Source: Octopus sinensis (Eukaryota). Taken from it: a stretch of DNA of 64,000 nucleotides. The DNA lies in assembly GCF_006345805.1 (NCBI RefSeq), contig NC_042997.1, forward strand, positions 129,022,001 to 129,086,000, given 5' to 3'. Every line of letters begins with the position of its first letter. The first letter of the stretch is position 1. Below the pieces are notes generated by a model. That model saw only the letters and a list, made by a program, of their open reading frames with translations, made no database searches and was not told the origin of the DNA. Shown here piece by piece: positions 26,617 through 40,319 of this stretch. The position numbers were made by a program, and so were the translations under genes.

Positions 26617-26900
26617 AAGGCGCATGGCTTAGTGGTTTGGGTGTTGCACTCACGATTGCGAAATCATGGGTTCAATTCCCAGATCGGGTGATGCATTGTG
26701 TTCTTGAGCAAAGCACTTCATTTCATGTTGCTCTGCGATCATTTTGACATCTGACATGTGGCACCCATTGCACCTGTGCAAGTAATGTCGATCTGATGGA
26801 AGGAGTGATCGTATGTGTACACAAACATTTGATCACTATAAACAAATCATCTGTGCAGTTGTTCGGTAAGAAATTCTCGAACCCTCATACATCGTCTTAC
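26617..26900 (+). mobile_element. tRNA-derived SINE (another family)
   Basis: ggcgcatggcttagtggtt (A box) ... gggttcaattccc (B box), then cttgagcaaagcacttcattt. Confidence 0.7.
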
Positions 26901-27974
26901 GATAGCAGAATCCATCATAGCATATAGAAATGAAGCAACAATATGCAGAGATAATATAACAAATTATTGAGGTGATATACAGCAGGTCTAACAACACACT
27001 ACCTAGTTTAACATTACTACTTATTCTTTCAGTGGTTACTGTAACAAACATTTAAACTAGTCCCTCAGTTTCTTCCTCATACACACTAATTTTCTCTTTT
27101 GCAGATGTTGATGCAAGGTTTGAGTGAGGTGGGGGATACTCTGACCATATTATAAAGTACTGTAACTTCTTAACTATGTTTCTAAATGATATCAGTTCTA
27201 ATCACAAGAAACCTATGCTACGATTGGATATGTTAATTCCTCCTATTGAATGTTAGTAAAATATTTTATTTGCAATAGCAGTGAAAAAGAACTTAATTTT
27301 ACAAAACAGTAAGAATATGGAGCAAGAAACCAAAACACAGCATTATTGTAGGAGATTACTGCTCTCTGTTTCTCCACAGCTTCCTTTCTTCTGCTCATGC
27401 TTGTTCTCCTTGATAGGCAACATATTCTCCCATTCAATACAGGCAAGGAGGTGGTTGAAGCTCTACAATTGTGAATGTTGCTTGAATTGGCAGTTCTAGA
27501 GTAAGGATAATGCACAGTCAAAATTCAATACTCAAGGTGCCACCATATTCTGCAAGTGCCAAATTTTCTGGAGAATGAATAAATACTTGCTGTAGCAACA
27601 ATCGGTGGTTTATTAGCATGGGTCACGTCCATTTCTCCTTTAGCCTCAGAACTGGAGCTGATATATGAAGGGTAATCAAGGGTCATTGTAGAAAGCCCAT
27701 CAATTTCAGAAGCAGAGATATATGTATATAGGTATGCCAACAAACCAACCAGCCATACATACATACATTATGGCTACCCCCTCATTATCGAGTATGGCCA
27801 TTGCCCGAAGCTTAACTGTTACTGGTGCTGTGATTGAATGTGATTTTTTAGCCCAGCTAAAGATCTACAATGTCTTGTACAAAATTGGCAACTAAAACCT
27901 TTACTGGTAATAGCCGGCTGTAGTTGTAACTGGGCTTCATGTACCTTTGCATGTCGTTTAAGTCCTCCTGCCAA

Positions 27975-28812
27975 ATTACAGATGATTGTGAGCTAGTAGC
28001 ACACACAGAGATTGATATGCAACACATTTTGAATGCATTCTCTGATGCTTGCACTGCCTTAGGATTGACAGTCAATCTCAAGAAAACTGTTGTCATGCAT
28101 CAACCTACCCCTGGTAAGCAGTATAGTGTACCAAATATCTATGTGTATGGTAAACAACTTGATATAGTTGATCAGTTTGTCTACCTGGGAAGCACTATTA
28201 ATAGATATGGCAATTTGGATGATGAAATATAGAATTAGGAAAGCAAGTGTTGCTTTCGGAAGGCTAGAAAAGCGCCTTTGGAGTCGGTGAGACATATGCA
28301 GAAAGGCAAAGATAAAGGTGTACAAGGCATGTGTGCTCCCTTCTCTTCTCTATGCCTGCAAGATGAGGGTCACATATCGATACCACCTTAAACAACTGGA
28401 ACGTTTCCATCAGATGTGCCTCAGATGGATCTATGGCATTAAGTGGAAGGACCGCATCAGTGATCTTGAAATATTGGAAGGCTCTCGGTGTGAAAGTATA
28501 GAAGCTCTTGTGTTAAAGCAAAGGCTCAGAGGGAGTGGTCATCTGGTCAGAATGAAGGATTCAAGGATGCTAAAACAACTCTTTTATGGAGAGTTAGCTA
28601 AAGGAGAACAACCTCCACAGAAACCAAAAAAGAGGTATAAGGACTTGCTGAAGGCTTCCTTAAGAGATGCTTGCATCTCTCCTGACACACGGGAAGGCAT
28701 AGCTATTGATTGTAGCAGGTGGAAAAGGATTGTGCATGAGGGGACAGCCACTTTTGAGAAATCTCGAGTTGCACATGAGAAAGTAAGGAGGGATGTCAGG
28801 AAGGGCATCACT
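27975..28812 (+). mobile_element. RTE-clade (BovB-like) LINE, RT C-terminal half, decayed
   Basis: DDCELVAHTE..GLTVNLKKTVVM..FVYLGSTI..KASVAFGRL..YKACVLPSLLYAC..GHLVRMKDSRMLKQLFYGEL..KKRYKDLLK. Confidence 0.9.
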
Positions 28813-28829
28813 GTTACACATACATACAT

Positions 28830-29470
28830 ACAAGAAATTAGAACCCACAGTATGGTGGAAACCATAGCCACTCATAATAAAAAGGAATACTGGTGGAACA
28901 TCCCAGTAAAAACCTCAATAAAATATAAACACAATAGACCTGATATAATGATTTGGGATAGAGAAGAGAAACTATGTACAGTTGTGAAAATCGGCTGCCC
29001 ATAAAGCTTAAGTTAAGTGCAAAAGAGAATACCTATGCTGAACTATTGAGAAATCTGCAGTTACACTATCCAGATTATAAGATCAGGTTTATACTTGTAA
29101 TTATTGGAGCCCTGGGATATGTAACACACTGCCAAAATACACATCATGAGAAAATAGGCTTCTCAAAACCAGAAAGGAGAAAGATGATTTGAAGACTACA
29201 AATCCAAGCCATTACTGAAACCATAAAAATCTATAAAACTTTCCAGAAGTTTATCATTTAAATATATATGAGCATGTCTAGATATGCAAGTATATGCATG
29301 AGAAGGCATACAAATCTGTATACATACATACACGCACATACATACATACATACATACATACATACATGCAAAAATACCCTATTGCTGATGTCGAAAGGAG
29401 CCTTGGATTTAGGTTAGAAACCAGCTCTTTCTCTATTGGTAAGAAATCTTGAAATAAAACTGAATTATAA
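28830..29470 (+). mobile_element. 5'-truncated R4/Dong-like non-LTR element (restriction-like endonuclease end plus 3' UTR)
   Basis: WWNIPVKTSIKYKHNRPDIMIWDREEKLCTVVKIGCP...KENTYAELL...VIIGALG matches the HNRPD...P...K..KY...VIGALG RLE domain of R4/Dong; CATA repeats on both sides. Confidence 0.8.
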
Positions 29471-29990
29471 CATACATATATATATATATATACATATGAT
29501 TTTGGTGTTCAGTCCTACTGCGTGACATCTTGGGCAAGTGTCTTCTCCTACCTTTCACTATAGCTCTGGACTAACCAAGATTTTGTGAGTAAACTTGGTA
29601 AATGAAAGAAGAAACCTTTCATGTGTGTGTGTGTGTGTGTGTGTACATGGATGTGTCTCTCCTTGTCATGACATCATATGATATTTGTAAATGAACATCA
29701 CCATTATACAAGCAGTGTCCTTGGAAAACATGTCCAACCATGTGTAAATATTACTTTCTGGAAGCAGGTGAGGTTTCACGACAGGAAGGGCACTTGTTTT
29801 ATTTATTCTACTTTTCTCAAGCCCTAGATTGCCTGGTTTCCAAGGCATGCAGGTGAGTTAAATTACAATAATCCTGCTAAACAGGACGCCAATCTGTTGC
29901 AGTTTTCAAGGCAGGCAATTTTTGAGGTGAGAGGGGAAAAATCAAGTACATGGACCCCAAAGAGATGAAAGGCAAAGTTGATATCTGCAG

Positions 29991-30250
29991 CATTGGTTCA
30001 GGAACAAAATTTGCTTTGTGGGTGCAAACCCAGGTCCAGAAGTTTTTACAAACAAGGTCTTTCCATTTATTTTTGTTCTTTATTCTTTGAGAAGGAACCT
30101 ATCTTCAAACTACTTTTTACAGATCACTTTTTACACACTGTTTTCTAAGCCTGAGAAAAGTAAGTAGGGGAGCAAATTTTGATTTTGTACTCCCCCAAAA
30201 TTCTAGGAGGTGCACTTGCATCCCCCACACCCCCTGTTCCTGGGGATATG
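29991..30250. mobile_element. hAT-type MITE nested in a SINE family A copy
   Basis: Ends cattggttcaggaac...gttcctggggatatg; 8-bp TSD atctgcag (29983-29990) / atctgcaa (30251-30258); the host SINE resumes on both sides. Confidence 0.65.
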
Positions 30251-31424
30251 ATCTGCAAGATTTGAACTCAGCACATAAAGAACAAGAGGAGATGCCACTA
30301 AACATTTTGTCCAACATACTAACAATTCTGTTAAATCACTTGCCTTAGGAAAGACATAGTCATAGAAAATTAGTGTCAATCAATTCTACCTGGATCATGA
30401 AAGCATGGAAAAGCAAGCATTAAAATTACAATGATGATGGCAATTATGATAATGATATATATATATGTGTGTGTGCTTTTGTGTAAAAAAATGTGTATAT
30501 ATGTGTGTGTATCTAATATACATGCATATTCATGTTTTTATGTGTATGTACAAACACACACACACACACATGCGTGTGTATTCATAAGCAGACACATATA
30601 TTTAACCTGATGTAGTACATGGGCTCTATATCACCAGTAATACAATAGTATTTCTCTGTCAATTGTGAGATTAAACAGAACAACTCAGCACATATTTATT
30701 TTACGTGAACAGTGACAATTCTTGTGCAGACAGACAGCACCAACACCTTGACGACATAATTAAAAAAGACAAATAGAATAATAATCTTTCTCAATAAAAC
30801 ATAAAATTTCAGACCATTCATTTTTAAAAGTTGTATTAAAAAAATTCTCTAACCAGTTTGACTAAATGAGAACAGTGTAAACCAGTAAACGTGGTATGCA
30901 TGACTGCTCTGCAAAGAAATAGGAGTAGGAGGTTGCAAATAATTGAATTGTTTGTTCAGTTAAGGTTAATGGTTGCCAGTGTAAGAAATATGTATAGTTA
31001 TTAGTATGAGCAGTACAGTGTAAGGGAATGTAAGGTATTATTCACATACAAAACTGTAGCGACTAACTATTGAAATGCTGTCCTCAATACGATATCTAAG
31101 AACAGGTTTGTCAGGTTTCTAGAGGTGGGTGCCTTTATAGAACTATTTAAATAATGGGACATGTCAACCTGAACTAAAATTATTAATGGTGGTAGAAGTA
31201 GAAAGAAACTATGACTGTGAAAAGTAGTGCAAAAGAAATTACCAAAGTAGGAAATTTATATTTAGTGTTGACTCTCTAAGATATCTCACGTAGATCCATA
31301 CATGTTCTATTTTTAAACTATAATATGCACAGATCCACATATACCATAGGTCTATATCTACATTTGTATACCTTAATACTATATCTGTGATATGCATACC
31401 TTAATACTGTGCCTATGATACAGT

Positions 31425-31518
31425 ACACACCTGGGACACACACTGTTCCAGATATACACATCTGGAACACATACTGTTCCAGATATACACATCTGGGGGA
31501 CACACTGTTCCAGATATG
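31425..31518. repeat. 31-bp minisatellite (about 3 copies) with a hairpin-forming unit
   Basis: actgttccagat at 31442, 31473 and 31504; the unit contains TGTTCCAGAT-atacac-ATCTGGAACA. Confidence 0.8.
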
Positions 31519-32439
31519 AGAGCAGTACTCAATCATATGTCTAGGAAAAGGATCAGTAACGTCTTTCTATAATGACTGATTATTTTTATGTTTGCCCATG
31601 GCCCATAGATATTTCATATTGTCATATGCTACACATAGAATAACCCTGCATTACTCTCCTTTCCATCATTAGCAATGCATACAGATGCAAAAATTAAAGA
31701 AATTGTGATACAAAGGACCATCTAAAAGTAATCAATTGTTCAATAGCTCACAAGTACATTAAATTAATTCAACTCATGCTAGCATGACAGTGGACATTGA
31801 ATAATAATGATGATAATGATAGTCTACATGCAGACTAATGTGGATTTAGATTGTTTGCAGGTATAGTAGCAGTTCAGTCTCAGGCATGGGAGCTGTATTG
31901 TAGTGTGGATATAAGATGTAAGTGTAGAAGCACTGTCTTGGATATGTGAGTAGTGTTCTAATATGAATCTAGGATGTTTCAGCATGTAATAATAGAACAG
32001 TTCTGGAGATATGAACACTACCCTAATGAAGATCTAAAATGTTTATATGGGTGCTTTGTAACAGCACTACCCTAGATATCTGAGCAGTATTATAATGTAG
32101 GTTTAGAATATTTGTATCAGTGTGTATATTTGGGGACCATAGTTGTAAGCAGTAGTCTAGGTGACTGGGAACAAATGTTCACTACAAAAGCAGCATGATT
32201 TCCTGTTGTCTTGTATTGAATGATCTGAGGATCCATCCTGCTATTCTTTTGTATATCACCGTTGTCTTGGTAATGCATACATGTTTATATGAACATGTGA
32301 TAAAGCCCTCAAAGTCACTAAAGTGCTATACCTAACAATCTCTGATGATCTCTGTAAGTGATACCACATGAATAATATATGGAAAAAAAGGGGGAAGTTT
32401 CTTTTTCAGGGCCAAAAAATATTCCAGTTCTGACTGGTC

Positions 32440-32800
32440 AATGATACCCTATGACGATCAAATATTACCCATCATAGGGTATTGCTCTCACATTGGAGAC
32501 AGTGCTGCTGCAACATAGAAACATCCTAGAGCACATTGAAAAGAAGGCAATTGAAATAATTGAAAAAGCTACACCTGCCAACATACTTCAACCTCTGTCC
32601 CATAGATGTCCTGTCTCCTCACTGTCAGTTCTGTCACCACTTCAATGGTCTCTGTTCCTCTAAACTAGCAAGTTGCATACAATCTGCATCACTACATAGA
32701 CCAACTAGACTCGTGTCTCTTGCTCATATTACTCCTTCTTCATCCCACCTATCAAGTTCCTGTCCTAACAACAGCAATCAATACTTTCATCCCAGAGTAT
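32440..32800 (+). mobile_element. CR1/Jockey-group LINE 3' remnant
   Basis: YCSHIGDSAAAT..NILEHIEKKAIEII..LQPLSHRCPVSSL..FCHHFNGLCSSKLA across frames. Confidence 0.6.
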
Positions 32801-33120
32801 CAGTTCTTTCTGTTAAATTTCTGCAGATATTGATTAAGACATTTTCAAACTAACCAACAGCTATATCACTTTAACAAGTCTAGAATTATCCATGAACAAC
32901 ATGGACACTACCCTTCTCTCCCAACTAAACTTTCAGAAAATACTCCAACTTGTAACAAACACAGATTGTATACTACTGAACTTCCTGTTTTCTTTGTTCT
33001 CATTTTATAGAAAAACTTCTGGAACTATTGCATTCCTTATTCTAAGCCTCTAAAAAATATTACTGGAACTACTTCAGTCCTGAACTGCTTGATGATCTTC
33101 AACTAAGTCAAAAATGTTCA

Positions 33121-33287
33121 CAGGAGTGGCTGTGTAGTAAGTAGCTTGCTTACCAACCACATGGTTCTGGGTTCAGTTCCACTGCGTGGCACCTTGGGCA
33201 AGTGTCCTCTACTATAGCTTCGGGCCGACCAAAGCCTTGTGAGTGGATTTGGTAGACAGAAACTGAAAGAAGTCCATCATATATATG

Positions 33288-33356
<69 letters not shown>

Positions 33357-33562
33357 ATGTTTGTGTCTGTCCCTTCAACATTGCTTGACAACTAATGCTG
33401 GTGTGTTTACGTCCCCATCACTTAGCGTTTTGGCAAGAGAGACCGGTAGAATAAGTACTAGGCTTACAAAGAATAAGTCCTGGGGTCGATTTGCTCAACT
33501 AAAGGTGGTGCTCCAGCATGGCCACAGTCAAATGACTGAAACAAATAAAAGAATAAAAGAAT
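33121..33562 (+). mobile_element. SINE family B, full length, with internal (TA)/(TG) microsatellite
   Basis: tRNA-like head caggagtggctgtgtagtaag...gggttcagttcc, accttgggcaagt body, tail aaatgactgaaacaaataaaagaataaaag. Confidence 0.9.
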
Positions 33563-34169
33563 ATCTAGGATGGTGCTCCTGTTACCCATTCAAACATCCT
33601 AAGCCACAAGCAGAAGAAAGCCATATGACTGATTGACAACACAACTAGTATTTCAGAGATACACACTCTCTCTCTCTCTCTCTCTCTCCCTCCCTCCACC
33701 TTCCCTCCTTCTCCCACCTCCATTCTACCTGTTATAATGACTTCTACTCATCAGCTGAGTATCACCTCTGCCCAAACTGATTGATATACTTGACTCTCCT
33801 TCTTCCATCATCTCAACAATGTATTTTCCTTAGCCCACTACATTAAACATTTCTCAAATTTTTCAACCTGAAAATTGAAACCTTCCAGAATTCTGACCCT
33901 GAACTTGTTTACTCAATGGACATTAACCTACAAAAGTTCACTTAAATATCAGTCACCTCAACTTTATAATTTCAGGAAGACCTGCACAGGTTAAAGGGAG
34001 CTTCTCCTGCTCACACGACTACATAATACAGAAAGAAATATATATTATAAAGTATCACTTGCATTGTCATGTATTCCTGTTACCTGCATATAAACAGTAT
34101 TACATCAGTATTGTTATCTATTGACTCTATGTATACACCAGTTCTTATACATGTATGTATGTAGACTCA

Positions 34170-34625
34170 TCATCATCGTCATCATCATCATCATCTCTGT
34201 CATTATAATGTTCGCTTTTTCTATACTCGCATGGGTTAGATAAAGGTTATTAACGTAGATTTTTTATAGTGAGGTGCCCTTCCAATCACCAATCTTTACC
34301 TGTTTCCCAGCAAGGTAATATTTCCCCATGGTCAGACATATTTTTGCAGAATATTGGAAATGAAGGGCATTCATTTACAATAATCATGCAATGTCAAGAC
34401 AAGAATCCCCAAACATTCACACACAATCACACACATGTATGTATGTATGTATGTTTGTATAAGAATAGGCTTCTTTCAGTTTTTGTTCACCAAATTCACT
34501 CACAAGGCATTGGTTGGCTTGGCTATAGTAGAAGACACTTATCAAAGGAATCTCACAATGAAATTGAACCCAAAACTATATGGTTGGGAAATAGATTTTT
34601 TAGCCGCACAGCCACACCCATGCCA
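34170..34625 (-). mobile_element. SINE family B variant with a (GAT)n tail
   Basis: Reverse complement of the family B head and body plus the same tail type as 8047-8490. Confidence 0.7.
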
Positions 34626-36559
34626 TATGTATACAGATATATGCAATGTGCATTTATATGTAAAGATGCACAAATAAAGGAAGACATTGGATGCATTTTA
34701 TGGTAGGAAGTGACAGATTGAATGATGACAAAATGATAGCCTGCTTACAAAGATTCCTAGAAATAAGAGAAAATTTCTTTTAACAAAGTGACATAATTAG
34801 TGATGGAGGTGGGTCTTGGGAAACAGTTTGTGGACCAGACAAAACAGTATGAGTAATCTATGGTGAGAAGCATGCAATTACCAACACATCACAGCATAAC
34901 TGTGACCAGGACCTGCGTAAAAGTGTTCCATTCAATTACTAGTTGAAGAGACAGACTTCTTTTAAAGAAAATTATAGTTATATAATCATAAATATTATTT
35001 TAGTTTACAGAGATTTTACCATACCATGTGGAGGCATTTTGTAAACAATTTTGGTCAATTCAGACATTCTGAAAATTGTTGTCCATTTTCAATGATAGAA
35101 GTATAAATGCATTGGAATTTCAACAAATAGTAGTAGTTGTTGGTATAATAATGATGGTGTTAGTGGTATTAGTGATGGTGATGATATTGGTGGTGGTGGT
35201 GGTTGTGGTGGTGCCGATGTACATGTTTGTATATATAGGTACATCAACTACAAAAAAATCTTCCCTGGTCTTCAGCAACCCCAACACAACTTACAAATGT
35301 TATTGGCTTCACCAACCTACGGAGATGTAATATGCCTGATCACAAAACCAATACTTTTTGAAGAAAAATGGTCTGACATTGCCCATTATACTACTGAAGG
35401 ATAAATAATCCCAGAAGGATAAATAAGCATTATTATAAAATCATAATACAATAATATATATATATATATATGTATACATTATTGTTTAGTCCCATGTCTT
35501 AAAAATAATACCAGAACTATATCTGATGAATTGCACATGGACCTAAATAATAATATACATGTGTGTTCATGAGTGTGTGTGAGTGTATATACATGTGTGT
35601 GTACATGTGCGTGTATGTGTGTGTGTGTGTGTGTGTGCATACAGACATACATACACACCACATACATAAATATATGTATACATATACTCTCACACACTTG
35701 CACCTCAACATTTTGCGTTCACTTTTCCCATGGTGAAATGAAGTGGACAAGACTTCTCAAAGCAAGGTACTTTATTTAATGTTTTCACGTGTTAAACTGC
35801 TGACTTATCTACCAAACTTTTTGGTTATCGAAGACATAAGCACAAAGACACACAGAGACAGATATGCATACATTCACACACACACACAAATGCATATGTG
35901 ATAGATTTCTTCAAGTCTCCATCTATGGGAATGTTAGTTGTGACACATCAATACAGCTATAATGAAGTAACTCAATTCTGATAAGGACAATAGATCAGCA
36001 GCAATGAAGCAGCTTTCTGGTGGGGAGGAAGGGTGTTTTTTTTCCTTCTTTTCCCAGTCATAGAAATATCCCATTCAATAACTTTCTGAGCACTAGGAAA
36101 ATCACCAAGAAGTTGACTTCACTAAATCAACTGCTACCACACAGCAAACAGAATATTCAAAGAACAAACTGCTCACAGCCTTTGCAAAAGTATTGCTGTA
36201 ACACAAGTTTCCATCTTACTGTACAGAGAACAACAACCAATAGAGATAAAGAAAACAAGATGCCCTATTGATTAATAGCTTGGCATATATTCTGAGAAGA
36301 CCATTGGAAGAGAATATATTGTACACCTTAGTCATCATGAATACTTCTTTCTATGATTTCTTCTCCATAAAGTGCAAAGTATGATCATTGAATAATCATA
36401 AGTTAAGTTTGCACACCCAACAGAAAAACATACTTACTATTTAGATTACTGGAGAATGATACATAGTAGAATGCAATATAGTCAGCAGCTTCTTTATCTT
36501 TAACTGCTAAGTGGTTTAAGGCTCTATTCTTTGCACTGTTAAAACATAATCAGCCATCC

Positions 36560-36858
36560 GTTGCCCTTTTCAAGCCTAGCCAGGCTCATGGGCCTGGTTT
36601 CTGTGGCATATGTGTTCCCCACAGCTGGACGGGATGCCAGTCCATCGCAGCATTACTCAAGAAACAGGAAGAGAGAGTGAGAGAAAGTTGTGGCAAAAGA
36701 GTACAACAGGGGTCACCACCACCCCCTGCTGGAGCCTCGTGGAGCTTTTAGGGCTTTTTGCTCAATAAACACACACAACACCCGGTCTGGGAGTCGAAAC
36801 CGCGATCCTCCGACTGCGAGTCCGCTGCCCTAACCACTGGACCATTGCGCCTCCATGT
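36560..36858 (-). mobile_element. Young tRNA-derived SINE family D (tail type 2)
   Basis: Reverse complement reads ggaggcgcaatggtccagtggttagggcagcggactcgcag...ggtttcgactccc; many CpGs retained; perfect 14-bp TSD ataatcagccatcc at 36546-36559 and 36859-36872. Confidence 0.9.
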
Positions 36859-38331
36859 ATAATCAGCCATCCAGTCCACTTCAATTCTGGTTCAGAGTTG
36901 TGCTGACTATATCAAAGATTTGAAGCATCAAGTTCAGCAATGGTATCCTGGCATGGAAATCGGATATATAGATAAAATTTACAATGCAGCTCTCATCAAC
37001 CAGCTTAAGAATACAAATAACCAAGAACTTCAGAGAATATTGATTCCTCCAACTACATTGGCGTCCTTAATACACTAATGGAAATTTTGAAAGTGGCATC
37101 ATATAATGTTTGGACGAAATTTATAAACAATACAAACATTTAATGATTCACTACACAAGTTTCCACAATTCACATGTGTTTTAAGATCACAGTCCATATT
37201 CCTGAGAAGATTACAGTGTAGTCTGCGGTATCCGTGAGCATTGGGTAGGTTATCTTCATGGATTCATTTCTTCAGGCGATATAACATTAATGGATGTTTA
37301 TCAGAGAGCTGTCTATCCCTTTTGACCAATGTGAAGTTTGATTGAGTTATGTGGATATTTCTGTGTGTATTTGTTGGGGATGAGAGGAAGATGATGGAAA
37401 GAGAAGAAGAAATGGTAGTTATATGGGGATGGAGGTGTGTATGGTAATGCTGGACTTATTTTGTTATTCATTCTGCAGATATTAAGGATGAGTAGTACAT
37501 TCCTTTGTTTGATCTCATTCAAGATATGACTACCTTCAAAGAATTCTGAAGTAAACAGGTTAGTAGGTACAGCCATCAGCTGTCGGTGTTCATTGTCTGA
37601 ACTGATAAACGATACTTTCTTAGGGTGACCTTTTAATTGTTTCTGATGGTACAGTGTACAGCATCCTAAACGTTGGTTTGTTTGTTTGTGTTCCTTCCTT
37701 GTTCTATAATATACTAAGGGCAGTTGATGTTATTCTGTTTCAAAATATATTTTACAAATTCCAGAATCGATGTTTTGCTTTTATGTTTACATGATATGAT
37801 CACCTTAGTGTGTCTATTTATCTTGTTTTCCTTGGATGTCATGATTTCCAGGGTTTCTTCAAGACATGAGTTGCATGCCCATGATGTTCCATAGTATGTT
37901 CTGTTGTATAATACACCAGTGGGTCATACGCTCAACCCCATTTGGTTTGAGCCTCCAGACGAGGTTTGATAGTGATGTGGAGTGCCTTTTGTTTATATTG
38001 GAAAATAATGTAAGAGGTTATGTGACAATTCTTCATGGTGTCTCCGGTGCCACCAATATACATGTATTTCTGCATACCTGCCTTCACAGAAGGATCCTAT
38101 TTTGAAAGACACTAGAGTTTTGTACTTCTTTGAAATTAATAAATGTCACTTCTGAAAAAATCTCAAAACTCTGGAATGCACAAAACTCTAAAAACTTGAG
38201 TCACTTTATTACTTCTGCTAGATATTAATAAAAATATATTTATATATATACGTATGTACATATATACATGTGTGTATGCACGTGCGTGTGTGTGTATATG
38301 ATTTGTTTCATCATACTTTTCACAACAACCA

Positions 38332-38420
38332 CAAACCTCTGATGAGTGCAGGGTTACATAATCGGACTGTTACCTAACACTCCATTGAAACCCTAGTGTG
38401 AAACCTATTCATAAGCTTGG
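38332..38420 (+). ncRNA. Decayed hammerhead-ribozyme-like motif (Penelope pLTR type)
   Basis: CTGATGA (38339-38345) - gtgcagggtt...aaccctagtgt stem - GAAAC (38400-38404) - ctattcATA - agcttgg; several mismatches fit CpG decay. Confidence 0.5.
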
Positions 38421-38990
38421 CCATAATGGATATATAATACAGTACACTTCGATTAATATAGATAAAATTATATATATATACTATATAGTATATATACTCA
38501 TATACTATAACCATAAATGCTATGCTATATAGCAGCGAGACATGGGCTGTGATTACATAGACAACGTCTGTTGTCTATGCTGTCATGTGTTGGGTGGTTT
38601 GACCAGGGCTGGTAAGCTGAGGGGCTGCACTAGGTTCCAGTCTGATTTGGCATGGTTTCTACAGCTAGATGCCCTTTCTAACACCAACCCCTCTGAGAGT
38701 TTAATGGTTGCTTTTATGCCCCACCAGCATGAGTGCTTTTACATGACACCAGTATCTGCCACAACTACGATTTTACTTGGATTGATGATCTTCTTCTCGA
38801 GTATGGCATATTGCCAAAGGTCTTGGTCATTTGTCATTGTCTCTGTGAGGTCTAATGTTCGAAAGGTGCTTTTCATGTACCATCAGCATGGGTGCCAGCA
38901 TCAGCCATGACTATGATTTCACTTGGCTTGACAGGTCTTCTCAAGCACAGCATATTGATACATATACTTACATATATATATATATATATA

Positions 38991-40088
38991 TAGGGTCATC
39001 CCATGAATAATGCTGTTTTTCTATACTTCTTTATTTTTCAAAATTAAGATATACTCTCCTTCATTTTCTACAATGCTCTTCCAATCTATCTGGTAGACTT
39101 GCAAGGCCCCTCTTCCAAAATTCACTTGTCTGTGATGAAAAATACTCCTCCAGTATCGTTCCTACCTCATCTACAGGATTCATATATTTTCTGTTGAAAT
39201 GATTTTGATGACTGTAGAATTAATAATAATCAGATGGGGCAATGCCCGACAAATATGGAGGGTGGGACATCATTTCCCATTCAAACTTCAACCAGCCTTT
39301 GGAATGTCATCCTCGCTGTATGTGGCCAAGCATTTATCCTGAAGGAAGAACACTTTTCTTCTTGAAACCAAAGGTGGTAGTTTTTCTTCTAGTGCTGGCT
39401 AAAGCTGCTCAAGCTACTTGCAGTTGATCTCTTTTGTTATTGTTTGGTTTGGGTTTAAAAGTTCAAACTGCACTAAACCTTTCATATCTCACCTAACAGA
39501 TAACAACACCTTACTTAGGTGAAGACCTTCTTTAGCCTGGGGTGCAGGTGTTTCTCTTTTCCATACTCACTGTCTTTGGCATTTGACATTTTTATAGAGA
39601 ACTCATTTCTCATTACCAGTCCCCATTCAGTCCAAAAAAGGTTCATTCGTGAGATGTGACAGTAAAGAACACACATTTACTCTCTGTGTGTGATTAGACT
39701 CAGAATGTTTGTGAGGAACCTATAGACCCAATTTGCTGACTTTTACAATGGCACACAGGTGTCAAATGGTTGAATGACCAAATACAAGTTTCTCTGCTAG
39801 TTCCTCAACAGTTACAATGGGATTTTGCTCCACCAGGGTTTGCAGGACATTCTCATCAAGCTCTACAGATCTTCTAGGACAAGATTTGTCTTCTAGGCTG
39901 TAGTTTCCGGCTTAGAATTTCTGGAACTACTGTTGACACTGGCTAATACTTCAAAACTTGCACTAAGAATAATGAGAAGGTATAATTACTACCTGCTTTG
40001 ATAGCAAGTTGATGCAGGTAGTTTATCCAATTCTCCTCTAACTTTTAGTTCATGCAATTGAAAAAAATTGCATTATTTATAGGATGAC

Positions 40089-40092
<4 letters not shown>
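38991..40092 (-). mobile_element. Decayed mariner element inserted in (TA)n
   Basis: TIRs tagggtcatcccatgaataatgc / gcattatttataggatgacccaa; motif EWEMMSHPPYLSGIAPSDYY (mariner HPPYSPDLAPSDY) at ~39225-39282. Confidence 0.9.
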
Positions 40093-40133
<41 letters not shown>

Positions 40134-40319
40134 ATGCATAAACCAAATCCAAAAACGAAATACTTTTTTATTCTTTTATATATATATATATACATGGTGG
40201 TCACTCCTATTGATTTCAAGATATGAGTGTTTGAAAGAAAGGATTTTAAGGAAAAGAGTGACACAAAAACAACTTTAAATTTTTTTTTTTTAATTAAAAA
40301 AGAAGCTGCATCTATTTGC

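Noticed and set aside
31425-31518. Palindromic ~31-bp repeats resembling a CRISPR array
   Set aside because: No unique spacers, no cas genes, and a eukaryotic intron context.
36785-36858. tRNA gene candidate
   Set aside because: The A and B boxes continue into a SINE body enclosed by a 14-bp TSD, so it is a SINE head.
36000-38200. Long non-microsatellite stretch with a coding-like feel
   Set aside because: No intact ORF, diagnostic motif or phase-compatible splice pair that I could verify; probably an old TE relic.
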